A program made the translations under genes and the position numbers. A stretch of DNA of 62,979 nucleotides, the filler included. It is 9 parts of 9 records of this genome, joined end to end, with 100 filler letters (N's around TTAATTAATTAA, not from the genome) between each part and the next. Parts side by side here need not be neighbours in the genome. Positions count along the whole stretch, not along the records: positions 37,027 to 49,795 come from SRR31156797_52830; 8 more parts are not named here. One strand, given 5' to 3'. Position 1 is the stretch's first letter. Each line of letters begins with the position of its first letter. Below the pieces are notes generated by a model, which searched no databases, had not been told where the DNA came from, and saw only the letters and a program-made list of their open reading frames with translations. Positions 37,604 through 46,238 of this stretch are shown here, piece by piece.

Positions 37604-38839
37604 TTGATGAATATGTCGAAATCAAATGAAAAGGATTTTGTTCTCAACTGTATCAGGAGCAGTTTTTTCTCCGGCGATACAAGAGTGATAAACGCCTTTT
37701 TTGATAGCAGCCCGGATTGGAACAGAGTTAAAACGTTTGTGGACACGCACAACCTGGGTCCGCTTGTTTTTTACAGTTTGAAAAATAATTCTTTACTGGA
37801 CGGAATACCGCAGTCTTTCAGGGAATACCTGCTTAAAAAATACAGGGCGACCGGCCTGAAAAACACCATCCTTTTTGAGGAACTTGAGTGGGTCCTTAAA
37901 TCCCTTTCGCCATTGGGCATCGATGTCATATTGTTAAAAGGAACGGTTCTGGCGGAATACATATGGGGAAATGCTTCATTGAGACCCATGGCCGATATAG
38001 ATCTTTTGGCCCGGGAGGAGCATTGTGAAGCCATTGAAAAACTGTTGCTTGCCTCGGGTTACGTCAGCATACCCCTGGGACACTCCATGGAGACCTATAA
38101 GGAAGAGCACAGGCATATTGCACCGTTGTACCATCCAAAAAAGAAAATTTTCATAGAAATCCATAAAGATCTTTTGTCAGGTAAGACTGAACTTGAACTT
38201 GACGTCCAGGGATTATGGAAGAGGTCGGTTGTAACCGACTTTCGCGGGTCTGAAGTAAGATTGTTATCACCGGAAGACTTCCTGATCCATCTTTGCCTTC
38301 ATCATCTGGCAATCCATGACTCGGGATTGGGTGAAATCAGGGATCTGGCGGATATTGCCAAAACTGTTTCATTTTATAATCACAGTCTGGATTGGAACAG
38401 GATATTTGAAGCTGCTTTATCCGGCCATTTCATAAGGTACATTTACTTCCCGCTGCTTTTCTCCATGACATTGCTTGGAGCGCCTGTCGACGATAAAGTG
38501 ATTGCGGAATTGAGAAACAGGGCCGAACTGGCCTGGCTGAACGAAAGAATTATAAGGGGCGCCCTGAGAAACAATATTCTGCAAGCTGAAACGGTTAATA
38601 TAGTTCCATCGTGGTTTTATAAGATACTCGCCAGGGAATTGCTTCGAAATGCATCTATAAAAGAAAAATTCAGTTCCTTTTTGAAAAGCGTTGCAGTTAA
38701 AACAAGCGCGCCTACCGATGCCGGCCACAATGGTGTAGATAGTAGACAGGTCAGTCTTAATCCTGTTAGAATACTATCGATGTTTCTTTATAAGCTAAGT
38801 AGAAACTTTTTCCTTATCTTAAACAGAAAAATAAGGTAA
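37604..38839 (+). CDS. Nucleotidyltransferase-family protein (NTP_transf_5-like)
   Basis: VILLKG, LRPMADIDLL, IEIH, LIHLCLH and LADI motifs. Confidence 0.85.
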   Translation: MMNMSKSNEKDFVLNCIRSSFFSGDTRVINAFFDSSPDWNRVKTFVDTHNLGPLVFYSLKNNSLLDGIPQSFREYLLKKYRATGLKNTILFEELEWVLKSLSPLGIDVILLKGTVLAEYIWGNASLRPMADIDLLAREEHCEAIEKLLLASGYVSIPLGHSMETYKEEHRHIAPLYHPKKKIFIEIHKDLLSGKTELELDVQGLWKRSVVTDFRGSEVRLLSPEDFLIHLCLHHLAIHDSGLGEIRDLADIAKTVSFYNHSLDWNRIFEAALSGHFIRYIYFPLLFSMTLLGAPVDDKVIAELRNRAELAWLNERIIRGALRNNILQAETVNIVPSWFYKILARELLRNASIKEKFSSFLKSVAVKTSAPTDAGHNGVDSRQVSLNPVRILSMFLYKLSRNFFLILNRKIR

Positions 38840-38876
38840 ACGGCCGAAACAGAGCATTTCCCCGGAGATAAACCTC

Positions 38877-39878
38877 TTGTCACATGATATTGTCATTTCA
38901 AATTTGACCAAGAAATTCCCAAAAATAAAAAGATACCGGGAAATGCTGCTTCATCCGTTCAGACGCGAGGATGTAACAGTCCTTGATGATATTAATTTGC
39001 AGGTGAAAAAGGGGGAATTGTTCGGTCTTTTAGGGCCAAACGGCGCTGGTAAAACAACCTTGTTGAAAATACTGGCGACCCTTGTTTTACCCACAACCGG
39101 CCAGGTTTCAGTCATGGGGCGCGATGTGCGAACCAGACATGCGGAAGTGAAAAAAGACATCGGGTACGTTTTGTCTGAAGAAAGGAGCTTCTACTGGCGG
39201 TTGACGGTCAGGCAGAACCTGAAATTTTTTGCAACACTGAACAATATGTCCGGTTCGCAGGCCGCCAGGCGCATAGATGAACTGATCGAAATAGTCGGTC
39301 TGCACAAAGAAATTGATAAAGTCTTTCAGACGCTTTCTTCCGGAATGAAGCAAAAGGCGGCAATAGCCCGCGGATTGTTAACAAATCCGAATATTTTACT
39401 GCTTGATGAACCGACAAGAACTCTTGACCCCATTGTGACCCTGAATCTGAGAACCTTTTTTAAATCGGTAATCGTGGAAAAACTCGGAAAGACGGTTGTT
39501 CTCGCTACCAATAATATGCATGAAGCGGAAGAACTCTGTGAGCGTATTGCTATCATCAATAACGGTAAAGTGATTCTATGCGAATATACGGATGAAGTCA
39601 GGCGCAGGCTTAAAGGCAAGGAAACAATCAGAGTAGAATTCAAGGGGAACGATCATGGATTCAAAATGTCGGATTGCTACTCCTTGTTAAAAGAAAAAAT
39701 CGTGGATATCCAGCCTCTGGCATCGGAAAACGGCAAGTGCAGCGTCATGCTGGAGATAGACCCGGATACGGATGAGACTTCCGAAATAATAAAAATATTT
39801 ATAAATAATAACATCAGGGTGACGTCAGTTGTTCGTGAAGAAATATCGCTGACCGAGGTCTTTAAAAGGGTGATCTGA
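38877..39878 (+). CDS. ABC-2 exporter ATP-binding protein
   Basis: GPNGAGKTT, LSSGMKQK and LLLDEPT motifs. Confidence 0.93.
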   Translation: MSHDIVISNLTKKFPKIKRYREMLLHPFRREDVTVLDDINLQVKKGELFGLLGPNGAGKTTLLKILATLVLPTTGQVSVMGRDVRTRHAEVKKDIGYVLSEERSFYWRLTVRQNLKFFATLNNMSGSQAARRIDELIEIVGLHKEIDKVFQTLSSGMKQKAAIARGLLTNPNILLLDEPTRTLDPIVTLNLRTFFKSVIVEKLGKTVVLATNNMHEAEELCERIAIINNGKVILCEYTDEVRRRLKGKETIRVEFKGNDHGFKMSDCYSLLKEKIVDIQPLASENGKCSVMLEIDPDTDETSEIIKIFINNNIRVTSVVREEISLTEVFKRVI

Positions 39879-39883
39879 CAGAT

Positions 39884-40699
39884 ATGCTTGTGTCTTTTAA
39901 AAAACCTTTGGCATTCCTTTACAAGGATTTCATAAATGAAACAAGCTACAAGTTTGCATTTGTCACGCAGATATTCGGCATATTTTTATCCGTTTTGTCC
40001 TTCTTTTTTCTGTCCAAGCTGATCGGCGGCGCAGCCGCTTCATACCTCGAGTCCTATGGCGGCGATTATTTCTCGTTTGTTCTGGTTGGGATAGCTCTTG
40101 GCGGCTATTTACAGGTGTCCCTTCGCGGATTTTCAACTATTATCAGGAGCGCACAGACGCTCGGCACACTTGAGGCATTGTTGGTCACTCAGACGAGCAT
40201 TCCAACAATAATCCTGTCTTCAACAATCTATAGCTTTCTTCTGACTTCATTCAGAATAGTTATCTACTTATTATTCGGGATTCTTTTTTTGGGCTTCAAC
40301 ATATCAAAAGCAAATTACCCGGGGGCTTTAATAATCCTTGGGTTGACGATAATCTGTTTCAGCAGTTTCGGCGTCTTGTCCGCCAGTTTTATCATGGTTT
40401 TCAAAAGGGGCAACCCTATGAACTGGGCTTTTACCGGAGTATCATGGCTTTTGGGAGGCGTTTATTATCCCATATCGGTATTACCTGAATGGGTGCAAAA
40501 AATATCTTTTTTCTTACCGATTACCCATTCTCTGGAAGGTATGAGACAAGCCTTGATCAACGGCGCCGATCTGATGCAACTGGCGCCAAGCATAATCGCT
40601 CTGATTCTTTTTTCGGTAGTCATGATTCCTGTCAGTCTCTGGGCTTTCAATTATGCGGTCATTAAAGCCAAGGAGTATGGTTCGTTAATACAATACTGA
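39884..40699 (+). CDS. ABC-2 exporter permease
   Basis: About six TM segments; GTLEALLVT and GVYYPISVLP motifs. Confidence 0.9.
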   Translation: MLVSFKKPLAFLYKDFINETSYKFAFVTQIFGIFLSVLSFFFLSKLIGGAAASYLESYGGDYFSFVLVGIALGGYLQVSLRGFSTIIRSAQTLGTLEALLVTQTSIPTIILSSTIYSFLLTSFRIVIYLLFGILFLGFNISKANYPGALIILGLTIICFSSFGVLSASFIMVFKRGNPMNWAFTGVSWLLGGVYYPISVLPEWVQKISFFLPITHSLEGMRQALINGADLMQLAPSIIALILFSVVMIPVSLWAFNYAVIKAKEYGSLIQY

Positions 40700-40758
40700 T
40701 TTTTGCTCCGTTGCAAATGCTTATTTTTGAGATAAAAGTTTAATTAAGGGACGTTGAT

Positions 40759-41772
40759 ATGCTGAATAGCAAAGGGCAGGGAGGAAGCGGGAACAAACGC
40801 CTTGAAAAAATCGCCCAGGGTTTTATGGTTTCACGCATATTTTTGTCCGCAGTTGAGTTGGGCGTTTTCAATAAAATCAATGATGCTGAACTGTCTTCCA
40901 ATCAGGTTGCGGAGAGCCTTGGCTATGATGAAAGGGCAGTGGAAATCCTTCTTAATGCCTTGGCGGCTTTCGGGCTGCTTATCAAAAAAGAAAACCTGTT
41001 TAATAACACTGACGAGATAAAAGCATTCGTCGGTCAGGGAGAGACGGATAATTTAGGCGGGTTTTTTAAGCATATGATTCATCAGTGGGACTGCTGGTCA
41101 GATCTGACTGATGTTGTTAAATCAGGGGAAATAAAGCCGGGAAAACGATCCGGTGAAAAAAGCCGCGGTCTTGCCGATGCAATGAGGCTTTCCAGGGGAG
41201 GATTCTGCAATCGCCTGGCTGAAATCCTCGATTTTCGCAATATCGGGCGCCTGTTGGATCTTGGCGGCGGGTCCGGAGATTGTGCTATTACCCTGTTGCG
41301 AAGCCGCCCTCAATTAAGCGCCGTTGTTTTTGATCGGGACCCGGAAGTATTAAGTATGGCTGCTGAAGAAATAGCGGGGGCGGAACTTAAAAACAGGATT
41401 GAACTTGTCCAGGGGGACTTTCTGCATGATGACATTGGAAACCCTTACGATCTTGTTTTAATGTCTCATGTCGTCAGCGTTTTAGGGAAGAATGAGAATA
41501 TCAGGCTATTGCATAGAGCCGCGGCCTCTCTCGATAACGGCGGCAGGATCGTTATTTGGGAGCCTTTATTGGATGAGTCCGGAACAAAACCGGTTCATAC
41601 AGCCCTTTTTGCCGTAAAGTTATTAGTAAACACTATCTCGGGTAGGGCCTATTCTCTCAATGAACTTATTGATATGCTCAAGGAAGCAGGATTTGCCAAT
41701 ATTAACCATTTTCCATATTCGGGCTCCCATATTGTTATAGGACGCTTAGATCGAAATGGGTCTGCAGAATGA
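40759..41772 (+). CDS. O-methyltransferase (dimerisation domain + SAM domain)
   Basis: SAVELGVF dimerisation motif; LLDLGGGSG; GDFL. Confidence 0.88.
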   Translation: MLNSKGQGGSGNKRLEKIAQGFMVSRIFLSAVELGVFNKINDAELSSNQVAESLGYDERAVEILLNALAAFGLLIKKENLFNNTDEIKAFVGQGETDNLGGFFKHMIHQWDCWSDLTDVVKSGEIKPGKRSGEKSRGLADAMRLSRGGFCNRLAEILDFRNIGRLLDLGGGSGDCAITLLRSRPQLSAVVFDRDPEVLSMAAEEIAGAELKNRIELVQGDFLHDDIGNPYDLVLMSHVVSVLGKNENIRLLHRAAASLDNGGRIVIWEPLLDESGTKPVHTALFAVKLLVNTISGRAYSLNELIDMLKEAGFANINHFPYSGSHIVIGRLDRNGSAE

Positions 41773-42554
41773 CCGGCGAAAAAACCGAGGATATTGACCG
41801 CCTGGCTGATTCATCTTTTTTTAAGATGAAAATGAATGAGTTGAGATTCGTCCGCAAATATAACCCCAGGGGGCAAAATAAAAAAGTAACAGTAATATTG
41901 CCGACTTGGAATAGAGACTATATCGTCGGCCGGGCGGTTGAATCCGTCTTGAAACAATCCTATTTAAATTATGAACTCATTATATCTGATGACGGCAGCA
42001 CGGATAAAACAGAACAAGTCTTAAAATCATACCTCAAGTCCGATCAAAGAATTAAATACATCAAGCTGGAACACGGCGGCGTCAGTCGCGCCAGAAACGC
42101 CGCCCTGGATATAGCGACTGGAGACTATGTCGCCTATTTGGATTCAGACAATGTCTGGTCCCCTGAGTATCTACTTTTGATGGTCAATACGCTGATCGAT
42201 TATCCTGGCAAAAATGCCGTCTATTGCGGTATCAGGATAATAGACAATATTAACACGCGCAAGTTTATCAGGTTGAAGCCGTTCGACCGGGAAGCTCTAC
42301 TGAAAAGAAATTTCATCGATCTGAATGTTTATATGCATACTTTCGGGTTGTTTGAAATGTTCGGCGGATTTGATGAAAGTTTGACTTCATTGGAAGATTG
42401 GGAATTGATATTGAGGCAGACGGCAGATGAACCCCCATGCCTGTTGGACTGCTGTCTTGTGGATTATTATTATGAAAAAGATTTTAATCAACTGACATTT
42501 GAAAAAGGTGTTATGAAGAATTACCGGACCATAAGAGATGCATATCCGGAGTAA
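41769..42554 (+). CDS. GT2 glycosyltransferase
   Basis: VILPTWNR, DDGSTD, AYLDSD and EDWELILR motifs; ATGA overlap. Confidence 0.9.
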   Translation: MTGEKTEDIDRLADSSFFKMKMNELRFVRKYNPRGQNKKVTVILPTWNRDYIVGRAVESVLKQSYLNYELIISDDGSTDKTEQVLKSYLKSDQRIKYIKLEHGGVSRARNAALDIATGDYVAYLDSDNVWSPEYLLLMVNTLIDYPGKNAVYCGIRIIDNINTRKFIRLKPFDREALLKRNFIDLNVYMHTFGLFEMFGGFDESLTSLEDWELILRQTADEPPCLLDCCLVDYYYEKDFNQLTFEKGVMKNYRTIRDAYPE

Positions 42555-42582
42555 TGGATTAAGGCGCTTTGATAGAAGAACA

Positions 42583-43689
42583 TTAACCGCGTTGAAACAT
42601 TTCGACATGTTTTATAAACTCATCGACCTGGAACTCCGGATCAAATTCGGGCCTGAGACTGTTTTCCCTGGCTGCGTTTGAAATACTTGCATATAGTTCT
42701 TTATCAGATCGAAGCTTTCTCAGGGCGTCGACATATCCGTCCACATTATCCGCCGGCTCGATTAAGAAGCCTCCCCGACCTAGAGTGAAGGGGATGCCGC
42801 CGTTATTGGACGCAACCACGGGGATCCCGTTTATATTAGCTTCAATAATGACCCTCCCGAAAGTTTCAATAAATATTGACGGGACCAGCAGAATGTCCGT
42901 GATTGAATAAATCCGGCGCATATCATCTTTAAACCCTTCCACTTTCACATTAGGTAAATCATAATTCGATTCGAGCGTCGATGCTTGATTGTTTTTGTCC
43001 CGGTTATACCACCCGCCTTTCACAAAAAGAAATTGCTCCTCCGGCATAAGCCGTGCTGTTTCAAGGGCGGTTTCAACGCCTTTTTCAGCTATTGGATTGA
43101 TAAAAGTAATGTACCCGTTCTCCTTTTTCACGACCTTGTAAAGAGCGGGCTCTATCATCTCCAATACGGTTTCAACAGTTATGCCCGGATATTTTTCAGA
43201 TAGAACATTGGCCGTATATGGAGAGTTGGCAATTATTCCGATATTCTCGGGCATGGTAATATCCATATCCATTATGGCCAGGTTATGAGCCATAAATACG
43301 CCCGAATAGCCGAGTTCGGCTGAACGACCGAGAAGCGGGCATAAAGGATTGGGATAACCGATCACAGCATCCGGTTTAAATTCACGCAATTTTTCTTCAA
43401 ACCATTTCATAGGGCCGTCTTCAAATTCACCGATGTAGAATAACCGGTGGCAGGGGAAGCCCTGGTCTTCATCTGTCAGCATTAGCCAGTTTTTACCGGA
43501 TCGCTTTAATTCCAGTTTGCATGCATTGACCAATAATATGTTATTGGGCGATAATGAACACACGACCTCGATATCCCAACCTCTTCTCTTTAATGATTTT
43601 AGCAGGTGAATTGTTGACAGTTCCGCCCCGCCGGATAAGTCGGGATAAAACGGCGTCAAGGTCACATACAATAAACGGCTCATCAGCAC
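42583..43689 (-). CDS. GT4 glycosyltransferase
   Basis: GGAE motif; EKGV; ETFGRVIIEA and GIPVVASNNGG. Confidence 0.9.
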   Translation of the reverse strand: MLMSRLLYVTLTPFYPDLSGGAELSTIHLLKSLKRRGWDIEVVCSLSPNNILLVNACKLELKRSGKNWLMLTDEDQGFPCHRLFYIGEFEDGPMKWFEEKLREFKPDAVIGYPNPLCPLLGRSAELGYSGVFMAHNLAIMDMDITMPENIGIIANSPYTANVLSEKYPGITVETVLEMIEPALYKVVKKENGYITFINPIAEKGVETALETARLMPEEQFLFVKGGWYNRDKNNQASTLESNYDLPNVKVEGFKDDMRRIYSITDILLVPSIFIETFGRVIIEANINGIPVVASNNGGIPFTLGRGGFLIEPADNVDGYVDALRKLRSDKELYASISNAARENSLRPEFDPEFQVDEFIKHVEMFQRG

Positions 43690-43713
43690 TCCATCTCTAT
43701 TTAAAGGACGCTT

Positions 43714-44673
43714 TCACTCATTTCCTGGATGACTCATTTCGCTTGCTAAACCAAAATAGAGCTTTTTCCTGTCTATATGTTCATCTCTATTAATATTCAA
43801 AATAGCGGGATTTTTTACCATTTCCCCGGTGAGTTGATGCTGTTCCTGGTCTTTACCAAGGCTCCCAAGGCAGTATCGGCAGGCGTTCAATGGCTTGTTC
43901 GAAGTCAAATAATCCCGTAGGCTTTTCGCCCGGATGCTTGAACCGTGGATATCGAATCCATCAGCTGATGGGGCGTAGTCATTAATGCCTAATTTGCTTA
44001 AATATTGGGGCAAAAATGGAGGAACAGCGCATTTGTATAAATAACCTTCATGTATCATATGGCAATTGAATACATGTACATCCCGGCAGGTCTCGAAAAT
44101 CCTTTCTGTCAGCCAATCATTTGGATGAGGCTTTGTAACTGTACTTGTCCGGAATGTGTTAATTTCCTGCACCCATAATTCGGTATTGGATTCTTTGGTT
44201 TTGCTCTTGAACAATTCTATGCTGTTCAAAAGGTTAACTTGCGGATACAGACTGACCAGTAATATATCAACGTTTTCCAATAATTCTTCAGATATTTTAT
44301 GCAATAAAAGGCCGTTAGTCGTGATCATTATCTTGTCGCTTATTCCCGATTCCCTGGCCGTGATCAGGAAAGAAATCAAATCCGGATTCAGTAATGGCTC
44401 TCCGCCTAAAAGTCTCAATACAGGAGTGTGGATCTCTTCTGCCAGCCTGTGAATATCCTTGGAAAAATTTTCGAGGGACGGAAAGAATTCCTTTTGAAAC
44501 GGAGACAGGTGAGTGCAGGATGAACAGCGTAAATTGCAATGATAAGCAACAGAATACTCGAGGGACCTTGTATTGATCTTTCCATCCTTGAATGCATAGG
44601 GCATTTTGGCGTTACCCCTTTTAAACGGCATCGATTTAGAGTTTGGATTTAATAATCGAAGGTTATTATACAT
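43714..44673 (-). CDS. Radical SAM protein with C-terminal Cys-rich extension
   Basis: CNLRCSSC (CxxxCxxC), GGEPLL, TTNG, GYLYKC and CRYC; start may be a downstream Met. Confidence 0.88.
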   Translation of the reverse strand: MYNNLRLLNPNSKSMPFKRGNAKMPYAFKDGKINTRSLEYSVAYHCNLRCSSCTHLSPFQKEFFPSLENFSKDIHRLAEEIHTPVLRLLGGEPLLNPDLISFLITARESGISDKIMITTNGLLLHKISEELLENVDILLVSLYPQVNLLNSIELFKSKTKESNTELWVQEINTFRTSTVTKPHPNDWLTERIFETCRDVHVFNCHMIHEGYLYKCAVPPFLPQYLSKLGINDYAPSADGFDIHGSSIRAKSLRDYLTSNKPLNACRYCLGSLGKDQEQHQLTGEMVKNPAILNINRDEHIDRKKLYFGLASEMSHPGNE

Positions 44674-45189
44674 CCAAAAGACGTTGGGGGTAACAATTCA
44701 TTTTACACACAGGCAATAGTAATAAGTTGGGATTGGAGTTGAAGGAAGAAGGCCTTTCCGGGGAGGTAATTTAATTAACATTTAGTATTACACAAAGGCC
44801 GAAAGACGATGATAAAATTCCACATATTTTTGTTATTTTTCTCTTTCATAACAAATTGAAAAACACATCTGTCAAAAACTGTTGTAACAAACCTGGAAAA
44901 TTGCTAATAAAAAGGTATACTAAATCGGCAAACCTTAAGACCTGATAAAAATATCGGTTTTTTAGGGATATTTTTTAATCGCATTTTACTGGATGAATTG
45001 GCGTATTTTGGTGCTGTTAATTTAATATGATGAAATTACAGGTAATATTTAGCTGTTTGGCGGTTTGTGCTCACGGCCGGCAGTCATGTATAAAAAAAAC
45101 TGGCGGCTGAATACCGGGCGATCATGTGGTAATTATTTTTTTTAAGGATATATTATAAATAGGTGATGAAATACTGGGGTTAAAAATCA

Positions 45190-45206
45190 CTGGTATTTAT
45201 ATTGCT
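45190..45206 (+). promoter_or_regulatory. Candidate sigma54 -24/-12 promoter upstream of khpA
   Basis: CTGGTATTTATATTGCT, GG-N10-GC spacing. Confidence 0.55.
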
Positions 45207-45495
45207 GCCTGTATTTAAGGCGGACTGGGATAGAGACGAGGCGACGGCTTTTTCTAATTGAAGAATACGCCCGTAGAGGGACGGCTTTTGTAATTGGCCA
45301 AGTATTTTAGAAATACTGTTTTCTACTCATAGTAGGAGAATTTGTCCGCCGGAAACGGAAAGTGGCTTTAGGAAAAAATAAACTGATGGAAGGAAGCTGA
45401 ATAACAGCCGGGACTTATAATGAACGGAACACAACCGGTAAGTGGAAAGCGGCTTTTGGAAAGCTGAAGTTGGTGTAAATATTGGAGGTGAACAG

Positions 45496-45726
45496 ATGAA
45501 GGAATTGATTAAGTGCATTGCGCAATCATTGGTGGATCAACCGGACCAAGTTGCAGTACATGAGATTGAAGGTGAGCAAACATCGGTAATCGAATTAAAG
45601 GTCGCCAAGGAGGATTTGGGTAAAATTATCGGCAAGCAGGGTAGGACGGCCGGCGCTATGAGAACTATCCTGTCCGCGGCTTCTACAAAGCTGAAAAAAA
45701 GGGCGGTATTGGAAATACTGGAATGA
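45496..45726 (+). CDS. khpA: KH-domain RNA-binding protein KhpA
   Basis: LVDQPDQV and [13 protein letters not shown] (GxxG loop); GGAGGT RBS before the ATG at 45496. Confidence 0.92.
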   Translation: MKELIKCIAQSLVDQPDQVAVHEIEGEQTSVIELKVAKEDLGKIIGKQGRTAGAMRTILSAASTKLKKRAVLEILE

Positions 45727-46238
45727 TGATGAAGCGTGACGATACCGTCATTTAGTTTGATTTGCTTTAAAATCACCTTTTAAAAAATGAATAAATGGAT
45801 CCCGAATCTTAAGGAAGCAGGTTCTTAAGGGACTGCTAAGCCTTCGGCGCCGGGGTCCATTCATTTTCGGTCAATAAGTTTGATCTACGTATACCTGCCA
45901 GTACAGTACTATCCTAATACTATCAATTAGATAATGTCTGTCCGGAAATGAGGCGTTTTGTCCGGGTTCAACAAAGAAATAAGGAAAAATGACCATTTAA
46001 GGACAGATACTTGATAATTTCCATGGCATTCCGGATACCGTTGTAAACAGGTTGGCCTTGCCCCGATCAAGGTTTTTAACGGAACCTTTTTTCTTTAATG
46101 GAAAATTTGGCTTGACGCCCCAAAGCGGTTTCCAAAAGAAAACTTGACTGTCCCTGGAGTCCAGTGGGATATATTTCGGGTTTGGCGACAAGAGCCAATA
46201 TGACTATTTGTTAGAAACTGGACATCGAACGGGAGGGT

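Noticed and set aside
44698-44781. 27-aa minus-strand ORF (MLIKLPPRK...YYYCLCVK) upstream of the radical SAM gene as a RiPP precursor
   Set aside because: No RBS or leader motif; this radical SAM sits with a glycosyltransferase and has no evident RRE
44921-44945. GGCAAACC as the start of a c-di-GMP-I riboswitch
   Set aside because: The remaining conserved stems and the GACGCAAAGC element are absent
45997-46191. 64-aa minus-strand ORF between khpA and the CHAT gene
   Set aside because: No RBS, motif or protein-like composition; probably chance
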